Below, in pieces: positions 18,694-28,316 of a stretch of 64,000 nucleotides of DNA. The notes under the pieces are model-generated. The model searched no databases and was not told where the DNA came from. It was given only the letters and a program-made list of their open reading frames with translations. The stretch comes from Longimicrobiales bacterium (GTDB taxonomy: Bacteria > Gemmatimonadota > Gemmatimonadetes > Longimicrobiales > Gaopeijiaceae): NCBI GenBank assembly GCA_965249725.1, contig OZ252251.1, forward strand, positions 32,001 to 96,000. The letters are read 5' to 3'. A program made the translations under genes and the position numbers. Position 1 is the stretch's first letter. Every line of letters begins with the position of its first letter.

Positions 18694-21600
18694 GTGAAGG
18701 CACACCGGCCGGTCACCCTACTGGGATACGTGGCTCTACTCGCCACGTTGTTCATGGTCTCATGCGTGGACGGTCCTGTGGCCGGGCCGACTACCGAGGG
18801 GAGCCCTTCGACGCTGGTGTTCGCCCCCCAGCTCAGCTACGCCGTGGCATCAGGTGCGCCAGCACTGAGTGCCGCTCAAGAGGGGGCTCTGAACGAGGCG
18901 TTCGATCTGGTGAACCGGTTCCGGTTGATCGTGACGCGCCTTGGGGCCGACGAGGTTCTGCTGGACGAGATCATCGAGGTGACACCGGGTCAGGACGTAT
19001 ACGATCTGTCGGTCGAGGTTCCGGGGATCACACCGGGCGAGCCGGTGAGCATGGTGATCATCGCGATGCAGGGTGAGACGACGCTGTTCGAGTCGCCTCC
19101 ACTGACGGTCGCGACGACGGACACGCAGACGGCCACACCCCCTCAGCCGTTCTCCGTACCGCTCACGTACACGGGACCGGGCGCCGAGGCGGTGTCGGTC
19201 GAGATCCTGTCGTCGGGCGCCGTGCTGGCTCCGGGCGGGACGCGAACCCTCGAGGCCGTGGTTACCGGCAGCGACGGCGTAGCGATGCCCGACGTACCTC
19301 TGGGCTGGACGTCGGCGGCACCCTCGGTCGCGTCGGTCAACGCGGGCGGGACGGTAGCCGGCGGCGGCGGCGGTAGGACGCAGGTGACCGTGACGACGCC
19401 CACAGGCCTGAGCGCGAGCGTATGGGTCTACGTGTTCGGCGGGGAGATGACGTTCATCCAGGGCGGCATGGTGATGACGGCCCCGGTGGTCGGAGGCACC
19501 GCCCAGGTGATCGCGGGAACGGGTGGGGCCCACGGGCCGGTACCCACAGGCAACGGGGTGATGTACAGCGAAGGCGGCATGGTCCACATCTCGGGCGTGC
19601 CGATCATGGAGGGCTCGTGGCCCGCACCGTCGCCGGACGGGACGAAGATCGCGGTGAGCGGAGTGACGCTGGCCAACGCCGACGGTTCGGGCGCGACCGC
19701 GGGACCGACGGGCTCACAGCCCGCATGGGCCAGTGCGACGAGTCTTTATGTGAGCGGCGGCTCGATCGAGTTGGTGGACGTGGTGACCGGCAGCCGGAGC
19801 CTGGTAGTCTCGGGCGCCGCGAGCTTCCCGACGGTGACGGCCGAGGGACGACTGGCCTATCTGGACGGAGCTGGTCAGGTGTTCATCCAGGGATCGGGTC
19901 CGGTGCCGGGCGTGGTGACGGGTTCACGTCCTGCGATCTCGGGCGGTTGGGTTCTGTACGCCGGAGGCAGCGGGCTGATGGTCGCGCCGACCGACGGAGG
20001 CAGCCCCCCGATGGCGTTGGGTATGAGCGGTACGGACCCAGCGTGGGGCGCCGCGAGTGGAGGGTTCACACCTCCGACTCCTCCGCCTGCGGTAGAGATC
20101 ACGGGTCTCGATCCGGAAGTACCGGTGCCTGGTCAGGAAGCGGTGATCCTGGGCAGCGGCTTCGATCCGATCATCGCAGCGAACACGACGGTGTTCTTCC
20201 CGACCGACGGTGGTGAGATCGAGGTCGAAGTTCTCGAGATCACGGAGACGAGCATCCGGGTGATGGTACCCCGTGGTGTCGCGGCCGGAGTGATCCGGGT
20301 GGCGACCCTGTCGAGCGAGGCGACGTTCCCGTACACACCGATGTTCGGAAGCGTAGCCGTGATGGCCGTGACACCGTGGGGTGCACCGGTGGCCGGTGTG
20401 GGCGTGACGCTGACCGGTGCCGGCGTGGAGACGCCGTCGGGCACGACGGACGGCGACGGCTCTCTGTTCCTGGACGGCATCCTGGCCGGGGACTACACGG
20501 CGGCCTATACGGCGCCGGACGGGTTCTCGCTCACAGGCACACCGCCTACCGCACTGACGGTCACGACCGACGTGCTGAGCGTCGAGGTAGAGGCGACTCC
20601 CGAGGTACGCGCCATCACGATCAGTCCGGAGGTGCCGGAGGTCGAGGTGGGCTCGAGCGTCGAGGTCATGCTGCAGCCGCTCGACATCAACGGTGACGTA
20701 ATCCCGCAGATCGATCAGGTCACGTGGGCGAGCTCGTCGCCGCAGTTGAACGCATCCGGCAGCACACTCACGGGCACACTCACCGGTGTGTCGCCCTCGG
20801 CGACATCAGGTGACGCTCTGTTCCGTGTCTTCATCAACGGGACCGGTGCCGACTTCTTCGCCACCGTCACCTCTTATATCGATGGAACCTTCACGCTCGG
20901 TGCAGCCGCTCCCGCTCCCGGTGAGGCCGACAAAGCTCCGCAGGCAGCGCCCGAACCCATACGGCCGATTGAAGTCGAGCTGAGCCAGGGTTCCACGGTC
21001 CTCGAGAGGACCGAAAGCGACACGGACGGGCACTACCGGTTCCGGGGCCTGATGGCCGGAGCCTTTACCGTCAAGCCGCTTCCGCGCGGTGACTACAAGG
21101 GCTTCTCGCCGTCGTCGGAGAACGTCACCCTGGGTGGCGGGAATGCGACGGGGCGGGCCGACTTCGAGGTCCTCAAGGAGGCCGCGGAGCTCGAGGAGGG
21201 CAGCAGCAGTGACTTCCGGGCACTCATCCTGTCGAACACTTCGTACAGCAACGGCGGTGCCGTGAGCGTGCTGGGCTCTGCGATGCCGGACGTAACTTTC
21301 GAACAGTTCACCGGGACACCCACGCTCGCATACCTTACGACGTTCAACGTCGTGCTGCTGTTCGAGGACGGCGTCTTCTCTACCTCGCACAACGTGGGTG
21401 ATGCGGTAGCGGCCTACGTTGCCGCCGGTGGCAACGTCGTATTGGGCACGTTCTACTGGCAGGACCGCTCGGACTCGTCGTGGGGGACCGGTACCCTGGG
21501 ATGGGGCAACCTCGAGGCAATCGATCCCTTCACGACTTGCAGAATCGGCCCCTGCGCTCCCAACGGAGGATCGGAGTACAACGCCGATGCTCTGGATCCG

Positions 21601-21993
21601 GCATCCATCGTGCCTCACACACTGACCGCGGGCGTCAACTCGCTGAGTGTCGACTCCTATCACGGCGGCGTAACGGCCAAGCCCGGCACGACGGTTCTGG
21701 CCTTGTGGTCAGACGGGGTTCCGCTGATCGGATACCGCACGGAGGCAGGCGGACAGCGTCTCGTAGGCCTGTCGGTCGCACCCTGGTACTTTAACAACCT
21801 CGCTTCAGCTCCTGGGGATTTCGTACAGCTCTGGGACAACGCGCTTCGATTTGCAGCCGCCGGTACGGTTCCGACACCAGCACCGGCCCCTGCCAAGCTT
21901 CTGGCGCCAAGCACCATGCCGGGGCTCGTCTCCCCCGTCGAGAAGTCTGGGCGACCAAGCGGATCGGATGGAGGAGGGGGCCGACGGCGTTGA
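18694..21993 (+). CDS. Large surface lipoprotein (Ig-like Big_2, beta-propeller, IPT/TIG, prealbumin-like folds, C-terminal GATase-like domain)
   Basis: Lipobox MVSC; WTSAAPSVASVNAGGTV (Big_2); PSPDGTKIA (PD40); ITGLDP...ILGSGF (IPT); TDGDG and DTDGHYRF. Confidence 0.75.
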   Translation: MKAHRPVTLLGYVALLATLFMVSCVDGPVAGPTTEGSPSTLVFAPQLSYAVASGAPALSAAQEGALNEAFDLVNRFRLIVTRLGADEVLLDEIIEVTPGQDVYDLSVEVPGITPGEPVSMVIIAMQGETTLFESPPLTVATTDTQTATPPQPFSVPLTYTGPGAEAVSVEILSSGAVLAPGGTRTLEAVVTGSDGVAMPDVPLGWTSAAPSVASVNAGGTVAGGGGGRTQVTVTTPTGLSASVWVYVFGGEMTFIQGGMVMTAPVVGGTAQVIAGTGGAHGPVPTGNGVMYSEGGMVHISGVPIMEGSWPAPSPDGTKIAVSGVTLANADGSGATAGPTGSQPAWASATSLYVSGGSIELVDVVTGSRSLVVSGAASFPTVTAEGRLAYLDGAGQVFIQGSGPVPGVVTGSRPAISGGWVLYAGGSGLMVAPTDGGSPPMALGMSGTDPAWGAASGGFTPPTPPPAVEITGLDPEVPVPGQEAVILGSGFDPIIAANTTVFFPTDGGEIEVEVLEITETSIRVMVPRGVAAGVIRVATLSSEATFPYTPMFGSVAVMAVTPWGAPVAGVGVTLTGAGVETPSGTTDGDGSLFLDGILAGDYTAAYTAPDGFSLTGTPPTALTVTTDVLSVEVEATPEVRAITISPEVPEVEVGSSVEVMLQPLDINGDVIPQIDQVTWASSSPQLNASGSTLTGTLTGVSPSATSGDALFRVFINGTGADFFATVTSYIDGTFTLGAAAPAPGEADKAPQAAPEPIRPIEVELSQGSTVLERTESDTDGHYRFRGLMAGAFTVKPLPRGDYKGFSPSSENVTLGGGNATGRADFEVLKEAAELEEGSSSDFRALILSNTSYSNGGAVSVLGSAMPDVTFEQFTGTPTLAYLTTFNVVLLFEDGVFSTSHNVGDAVAAYVAAGGNVVLGTFYWQDRSDSSWGTGTLGWGNLEAIDPFTTCRIGPCAPNGGSEYNADALDPASIVPHTLTAGVNSLSVDSYHGGVTAKPGTTVLALWSDGVPLIGYRTEAGGQRLVGLSVAPWYFNNLASAPGDFVQLWDNALRFAAAGTVPTPAPAPAKLLAPSTMPGLVSPVEKSGRPSGSDGGGGRRR

Positions 21994-22109
21994 CGCCTGA
22001 GCGCAGCGATGGAACGTTACTCCGAAACGATCGATCGGGGGTATCGGAGGACCGTGGACTCTGGAGTGCCGTTACCCAAACGGGGTCGCGTACGCATCCC
22101 ACGGCTCCC

Positions 22110-22164
22110 CCTCAGCCTAGGCAGCCTAGGCTGAGGAACCGAAAAGCCTCGCCGAAAGAGGCTT
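22110..22164. other. Two adjacent hairpins in the intergenic region
   Basis: CCTCAGCCTAGG-CAG-CCTAGGCTGAGG (22110-22136) and AAGCCTC-GCCGAAA-GAGGCTT. Confidence 0.6.
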
Positions 22165-22256
22165 CCGTCCAGTAAATTCAGAAAGTATCTGGAGGCGCCG
22201 ACGACTCACCGGGAGAGTTCGGGTGGAGCAAGCAACAGATGCCGCCTCGCCGGCAA

Positions 22257-23137
22257 TGACCATTGAAGTCGAGGAGGCGCGTTCGGTGATGGAGGCAGTT
22301 TGCTGGGGAACCCGCGGGTCGATAGCCAGTCCTGGCCCATCGACCGCCAAGTACGGCGGGAATACCCCGTGTATGCAAGTGCGCCTCGACGACGGTCGAC
22401 GCTTCATCTTCGACGCCGGCACGGGCATCCGTCCCCTCGGCACGAGCATGATGGGTGAGGAGGGCTCGGCCGACGCCACCATCTTCCTCACCCACTTTCA
22501 CTGGGACCACATTCAGGGATTCCCTTTCTTCATGCCCTTGTACAACCCGGCCGCATCGCTCCGGATCATCGGCCCGAAGCAGTTCGACGTGGACGTTCAG
22601 ACCCTTTTCGCCGGGCAGATGGGGCCGATCTACTTCCCGACCCCCTTCGATGCCCTCGCCGCTCAGAAGGAGTTCTTCCACCTGAACGAAGGCGTTTGGG
22701 AGGAAGACGGGTTCACCGTTTCCGTGATGCGCATGCGACACCCGTCGTTCACCGTCGGGTATCGCATCGAATACGGTGGGTCGTCGCTCGCCTACATCCC
22801 CGACAACGAGATCGTGGGAGAGAACTACGACGTGGGCGAGGACTGGCATTCTGATTTCATCGACTTCATAGGCGACGTGGATGTGCTGATCCACGACGCC
22901 ATGTTCACCGAGGAGGAGTACCAGTCCAAGTTGGGCTGGGGGCATTCTACGTTCCGCCAAGCGATCCACCTCGGGCATGAGGCGGGAGCGAAGAAGCTCC
23001 TGTTCTTTCACCACGATCCCGAGCGTCACGACGACAAGCTCTCAGGGCTGGTGTCGTCACGGCGGGACGAGGCCCTCTCTCTCGGATACAGCTTTCAGAT
23101 CGACGCGGCAGCCGAACGCGCCGACATCCTGCTCTAG
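22257..23137 (+). CDS. MBL-fold metallo-hydrolase (putative cyclic phosphodiesterase); start uncertain
   Basis: WGTRGSI, YGGNTPC, DAGTG, THFHWDHIQG (HxHxDH), HDA, GWGHS, FHHDP. Confidence 0.85.
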
Positions 23138-23148
23138 GAGATCACACT

Positions 23149-25032
23149 GTGAGACGTTTCGCCCCTTTGATGGCCGCATTGACAGTCGTGCCGCTACTCG
23201 CCTTCGGGCCCGCCGATCGCATCGCCCCCACTCATTGGGCGGTAATCATCGGAATCAGCGACTACATCCACTACGACGATGTGACGGGTGGAGATCTTCC
23301 CGGCGCTGAGCACGACGCCCGCGGTGTGCGCGACGTGCTGCTCAGCAAGTACGGGTTTCCGGCCGACAACATCCGGATGATCCTGAACCAGGAGGCCACC
23401 CGCGCCAACATCGAGGTCGCCCTCACCGAGTGGCTACCCGAGCGAGCACGTCCCGGCGACAACGTCACGGTCTTCTATGCGGGACACGGCTCCCAGATGT
23501 GGGACGAATCAGGCGACGAGGACGACGGTCTGGACGAGACCCTCGCCCCGGCGGACGTCAGTCCGACGTCGACCGAGTTCGACATCAGTGACGACGACTT
23601 CGGCGCGTGGCTCCGTGCCCTGCCGACCGACAACGTGGTGGTGTTCCTAGACAACTGCAGCTCCGGATCGGGCACCCGCGACGTCACACCCTTCTCGAGG
23701 ACTCGCCAGCTCGGACGGGACGTTACGTCCATCGAAAGACCGGCGACCATTACACGCCGCGCCCTCCCGAACGCCAGGGACAAGACAGGCTTCGACGCTC
23801 AGGGAGCGAACGTACTCGAACTCGCCGCCGCACAACCCGACCAACCGGCTGTGGACGCGTTCTTCCCGGGAGAGGAGGGCACCGAGCCCTTCCATGGCGG
23901 GGCGTTCACCACGTTCCTGATTCGTGAACTGTGGCGGGCACCCGGAAACATGTCGTACGAGGATGCCTATCGGCGCGTAACCGACGATCTCAAGCGGAAT
24001 CGCTTCGAACAGGATCCCTACCTGTCCGAGGATGTCGGAATCAAGTCACTGCCCCTCTTCTTCGTGGAGGGCGGGTCTCAGGGTACGTCGACGGCGTTCC
24101 TGCCCATTCTGTCGACGAGTGGATCCACAGCCGAGCTACAGGGTGGCCAAGCACTCGGAATCACCCTGGGGTCGACGTTCAGCACGGACGACGGCGCTCG
24201 CATGGTCGTGGAATCCGTCAGCCCTGATCGCTCGCAGGTCCGCGTGCTGACGGGATCCGTCAGTGAAGGCGAGCGGGCGACCCTGGAAGGCTACCGCTTC
24301 TCGTCCAGTGCTCTGCGCATCAACGTGGCGGGGGTGGACTCCGGCACTTCGGACGCTCTCACGAGCGCGCTCGAAGGCGCCGACGGAGTGGTCCTGATCC
24401 ACGATGAAGCCGCCTTCTCCGACCTGATACTGCGACGTCGGGGCAGCGACGTCCGAGTCGTGGGTATGGACGGTGCCGCGCGACACGTCTTCCCGGCTGG
24501 CACCGAGGGCGCGAGCGACCTGGCCAACGCCCTGCTCCGAGAGGCTTCGGCCAAGGGCCTTGGCGATATGGAGAACCCGGCGCAGCCCTTCGGCCTCGAC
24601 GTTTGGCTGGCCGGTGACGTATCCAGCTTCGGCATCGGTGAGAACGTCCGCTTCCTCGCAGAGGCCGAGAGGACCGGATACCTGACCTTGGTCGACCTCG
24701 GCACGGACGGCACCGTCACGGTGCTCTTCCCGAACCCGTACGATCGAGACAACGCGGTTTCGGAGGGACAGCGGATCGAGTTCCCCACCGAGAGCATGCA
24801 GTCCGAGATCCAGGCCATGCCGCCGGCAGGCCGCGGGATGGTCCGTGCGTTCCTGACTCCGGAGCCGCTTGATATCGCCGTGGGCGACGACTTCACCACG
24901 GGCACACTCGAGCTCGCCGATCTCATCGCAGCCGCCGTGCGCTCGGCGGCCGGTGCCGTCGAGGGCTCCGACGGGGCGGTACGTCTGGACTCGTGGGGAA
25001 GCGCGTCCGTGATGTACGAGATCCACAACTAG
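23149..25032 (+). CDS. Exported caspase-family (C14) peptidase with C-terminal DUF4384-like domain
   Basis: Signal peptide; AVIIGISDY, LPGAEHDA, FYAGHGS, DGLDETL, LDNCSSG (His/Cys dyad), GAFT; GYLTLVDLGTDGTVTVLFPN. Confidence 0.88.
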   Translation: MRRFAPLMAALTVVPLLAFGPADRIAPTHWAVIIGISDYIHYDDVTGGDLPGAEHDARGVRDVLLSKYGFPADNIRMILNQEATRANIEVALTEWLPERARPGDNVTVFYAGHGSQMWDESGDEDDGLDETLAPADVSPTSTEFDISDDDFGAWLRALPTDNVVVFLDNCSSGSGTRDVTPFSRTRQLGRDVTSIERPATITRRALPNARDKTGFDAQGANVLELAAAQPDQPAVDAFFPGEEGTEPFHGGAFTTFLIRELWRAPGNMSYEDAYRRVTDDLKRNRFEQDPYLSEDVGIKSLPLFFVEGGSQGTSTAFLPILSTSGSTAELQGGQALGITLGSTFSTDDGARMVVESVSPDRSQVRVLTGSVSEGERATLEGYRFSSSALRINVAGVDSGTSDALTSALEGADGVVLIHDEAAFSDLILRRRGSDVRVVGMDGAARHVFPAGTEGASDLANALLREASAKGLGDMENPAQPFGLDVWLAGDVSSFGIGENVRFLAEAERTGYLTLVDLGTDGTVTVLFPNPYDRDNAVSEGQRIEFPTESMQSEIQAMPPAGRGMVRAFLTPEPLDIAVGDDFTTGTLELADLIAAAVRSAAGAVEGSDGAVRLDSWGSASVMYEIHN

Positions 25033-25101
25033 CGGATCGACCTTGAGCACTGTGCCTTATCGGGTGGACCGGGTTCCCGGTGACGTCGTGTACGTGATGT
25101 C

Positions 25102-27321
25102 ATGAAGTGGAAGCGCGTCGGTGTTCTGGGGCTGATCACGGTTGGCGCAGCCTCTGCGGCCCAGTTGGCCGACCGGTACGGGTCCCTTACGCAGGTAGAG
25201 GACCTGGAGTTGGTCACTCTGGATCGCCGCCAGCAGGCCGCGTCACGGCAGCTTCGGCGGATCGAAGGCCAGACCGAGGTCGTCATCGTCTTCTTCGATG
25301 AAGTCGCGGCCACGGACTGGAACTACCTGTCGCCGTTCTATCGCCCGCACCTCGCCGACCTCATCAATGCCGTCTCCTTCGCCGGGGCCAAGACGATCGG
25401 GCTCGACGTATACCTCGATCGCCGATGGGACGAGCTCAACGCCATGGATGGCGGCGACGACCGTCTCCATCAGGCCTTGGCCGACGCCGGCAACGTGATC
25501 CTGGTTTCTCTCGTGGTGGATTCCGAGGACGGGGGGTCACGGGTGCTTGCACGGCCGGACCCCTACTTCGCCGACGTGGCGGCCGGAGTGGCTTCGGCCG
25601 ACCTACCCACGCCATTCGAGACGATCCGTGACGGGACGCTGGCGGTCCGCTCGGGAGACGGACTCGCCCCGGGATTCGCGCTGGCGTTGTACGCCCACGC
25701 CAGGGGCCTGGATGTCCACGACATGATGGCCGATGCGCAGTCGACCGGACTTCTCTCCCTTCCAGGGCTTCCTGACGGCGTTGGCGAGGTACCCGAAGAC
25801 TGGTGGCAGCCCGGGACAACCCCCTCGACCTCGGCCATCTCGTTCCCGCTGCGCTTCGTAGGGCCCCCCTCACACATCGTGCAGGGCGAGATCGACGTGG
25901 CAACGTTCCAGGCCGTGGCATCCCAGAGTGCGGTGGGGCTCGCCTACATCAACCCCGATTTCTTCAAGGACAAGATCGTCCTTCTCGGCACCGGCTTTCA
26001 CGATTCCGACAAGTTTCGGACAGCGTACTACGACCTCCCCTACCGGGTGGTGGCGGAGGGCGATCAGTCCTTCCCGGACGACGCGCTGTTCGACTACATG
26101 TACGGGGTCGAGATCCACGCCCACGCGCTCCAGAACTTCATCGACGAGGAGTACCTGCGACCGCTCGGTGCGAGCGCCACATGGGTGCTGCTCCTGGGCC
26201 TCGCGTTCTCATCGGGTGGGCTGGTCTTCGTCCGAGGAGCCGCATGGGGCGGCGCAGCGACGGTGCTCCTCGGTCTGGGTTCCTACGGGGGCGCCTCGAT
26301 GGTCTACATGGCAGGGTTGGGCGGCATAGAGCCCTACCTCTGGATTCCCATCGTCACGCCCATGGTGGCTCTCGGGCTTTCCTACCTGACGTCTACGGCC
26401 TACGTGGCCATCGTTGAAGGCAAAGAAAAGCGGTTCATCCGGAGTGCCTTCGGCAAGTACGTCTCCCCGACGGTGGTGGGCCAGATCTCGGAGAACCCCG
26501 ACGCCCTGAAGCTCGGTGGCAAGAAGGTGCCGATCACCGTGCTCTTCTCCGATCTGGCGGGCTTCACCGACATGTCCGAACGGATGGACGCCGAGGAGCT
26601 CATCGCCCACCTCAACCAGTACCTCTCCGAAATGACCGACCTGGTCATGGCCGAGGAAGGCACACTCGATAAGTACATCGGTGACGCGATCATGGCGTTC
26701 TGGAACGCGCCGACGCCGGTGCCGGACCATGCCGACCGAGCTCTTCGATGCGCCATCCTCATGCAGAGGAAGATGGACGACCTCAACGAGCGTTGGCTCG
26801 GCCACGACGCCGAAGCGGAGACGATGGTAGTGCGTATCGGGCTCAATACGGGTGAAGTCGTGGTAGGAAACGTCGGGGGTAAAGACCGCTTCGACTACAG
26901 CGCCATAGGGGACGCAGTAAACCTCGGGGCCCGGCTGGAGCCAGCCAACAAATCGTACGGCACGCTGGTGATGGCCTCGGAGAATACGGTCCAAGCAGCT
27001 CGGCGCGAGAATTTCCGGCTACGCGTACTAGACTTCATGACGGTGAAGGGCAAGATCGAGCCCGTTTCCGTCTATGAGGTCCTGGAGATGGCGGGAGTGG
27101 CGCTGCCGCCTGAGAAGGAAGAGGCCCTCGAGCACTATGAGGCCGGTATGAAGGCCTATCGGGGTCGGGACTGGGAGTTGGCCAGAGAGTACTTCAAGGC
27201 CGCCGTAGACTCGGATCCCGGTGACGGCCCATCGAAGTTGTATATGGAGAGATCAAACGAGAACATCGCCAACCCTCCGCCTGCGGACTGGGACTTCGTA
27301 GTCCGCCGGACTGCGAAATAA
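25102..27321 (+). CDS. CHASE2-domain membrane adenylate/guanylate cyclase with C-terminal TPR
   Basis: GAKTIGLDVYL, FKDKIVLLG, MYGVEIHA (CHASE2); three TM helices; LFSDLAGFT, DKYIGDAIMA, RIGLNTG, YSAIGDAVNLGARLE. Confidence 0.92.
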   Translation: MKWKRVGVLGLITVGAASAAQLADRYGSLTQVEDLELVTLDRRQQAASRQLRRIEGQTEVVIVFFDEVAATDWNYLSPFYRPHLADLINAVSFAGAKTIGLDVYLDRRWDELNAMDGGDDRLHQALADAGNVILVSLVVDSEDGGSRVLARPDPYFADVAAGVASADLPTPFETIRDGTLAVRSGDGLAPGFALALYAHARGLDVHDMMADAQSTGLLSLPGLPDGVGEVPEDWWQPGTTPSTSAISFPLRFVGPPSHIVQGEIDVATFQAVASQSAVGLAYINPDFFKDKIVLLGTGFHDSDKFRTAYYDLPYRVVAEGDQSFPDDALFDYMYGVEIHAHALQNFIDEEYLRPLGASATWVLLLGLAFSSGGLVFVRGAAWGGAATVLLGLGSYGGASMVYMAGLGGIEPYLWIPIVTPMVALGLSYLTSTAYVAIVEGKEKRFIRSAFGKYVSPTVVGQISENPDALKLGGKKVPITVLFSDLAGFTDMSERMDAEELIAHLNQYLSEMTDLVMAEEGTLDKYIGDAIMAFWNAPTPVPDHADRALRCAILMQRKMDDLNERWLGHDAEAETMVVRIGLNTGEVVVGNVGGKDRFDYSAIGDAVNLGARLEPANKSYGTLVMASENTVQAARRENFRLRVLDFMTVKGKIEPVSVYEVLEMAGVALPPEKEEALEHYEAGMKAYRGRDWELAREYFKAAVDSDPGDGPSKLYMERSNENIANPPPADWDFVVRRTAK

Positions 27322-27341
27322 GGGACCCATTGGAGTCAGTC

Positions 27342-28316
27342 ATGAAGAAGCTTCTCATCGCAACAACCTCGTTCCTACTCCTCGGAGCCAGCGCGGAGCT
27401 CCCCACAGGGCCCCAAGCAGAGCCCCCCGCAGAGCCCCAAGCAGAGCCCCCCGCCGGGTCCCCGTTCCAAGAGGCGCCGGCTGCCGTCGTGGTAAGCGTA
27501 CAGGGAGCTGTCGAGGTCGTCCTCGGCGGCGCCCCCCCAACGGCTGCGGCCGTCGGAACCCGACTCGCAAGTGGGGACCAAGTGATCCCGGAGGGTGGGG
27601 TGGCCACCATCGTGCACGCCAGTGGTCGGACGGAGCGCGTGACCGAGACCCTGACCATCCCGTCCGCATCAGGGGACACGGAGGCGGGAGCCTTTTCGAG
27701 AACCGTTCGGGTTCTCGCCAGCGCGGCCACGACCGACGCCCGAGGGAATCCGAATAGACAGGGGATGATCCGCCCGATCCCGGGCGAGCCGGTGTTGATC
27801 GCACCCCGCAATGGCCTGCGGGTCATGGGCGTGCGTCCGACCTTCGCATGGCACTCCGTCGAAGGCGCGACGGAATATCGGATCCAGGTCCGCAATCTCG
27901 CCGGAGGCATGGCTCGGTACGAGGCCTCCGATACGACCTGGTCTCTCCCGACCGACGCTCCCGACCTGGAGCGCGGTCAGACCTACGCATGGACCGTGGC
28001 ACCCTCAGGGTCGGGCCGTCCCACGAGGGAACAGCGATTCATGGTGCTCGGCGAGGACGAGTACGGTGAGGTAGCCGGAGCGCTCGAGTCCCTTACGGCC
28101 GCGGGCCTCGATCCCGCCGGTGCCGGAGCCCTGATGGCCACCGCGGTCTTCCGCGAGGTGGGCCTCTTCTATGACGCATCGTCCACCCTGGCCGGCATGG
28201 GCGAGGAGGAGTTGAGCGCCGACGTATTCCTGTTGAAGGGCGAGATCCTGGACGCCCTGGGCGACCTCGAGGGAGCGGGCGCAGCTTTCGACAAGGCCGA
28301 TCGGCTGATGCGATGA
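27342..28316 (+). CDS. Exported protein: FecR-like N-domain, Ig/DUF928-like domain, TPR-like tail
   Basis: Signal peptide MKKLLIA; VVSVQGAVEV...GTRLASGDQV; RPTFAWH...YRIQV...LERGQTYAWTV; LFYDA. Confidence 0.65.
   Translation: MKKLLIATTSFLLLGASAELPTGPQAEPPAEPQAEPPAGSPFQEAPAAVVVSVQGAVEVVLGGAPPTAAAVGTRLASGDQVIPEGGVATIVHASGRTERVTETLTIPSASGDTEAGAFSRTVRVLASAATTDARGNPNRQGMIRPIPGEPVLIAPRNGLRVMGVRPTFAWHSVEGATEYRIQVRNLAGGMARYEASDTTWSLPTDAPDLERGQTYAWTVAPSGSGRPTREQRFMVLGEDEYGEVAGALESLTAAGLDPAGAGALMATAVFREVGLFYDASSTLAGMGEEELSADVFLLKGEILDALGDLEGAGAAFDKADRLMR
27411..27455 (+). repeat. In-frame 12-bp tandem repeat encoding PQAE-PPAE-PQAE-PPA
   Basis: CCCCAAGCAGAG and CCCCCCGCAGAG alternate. Confidence 0.8.
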
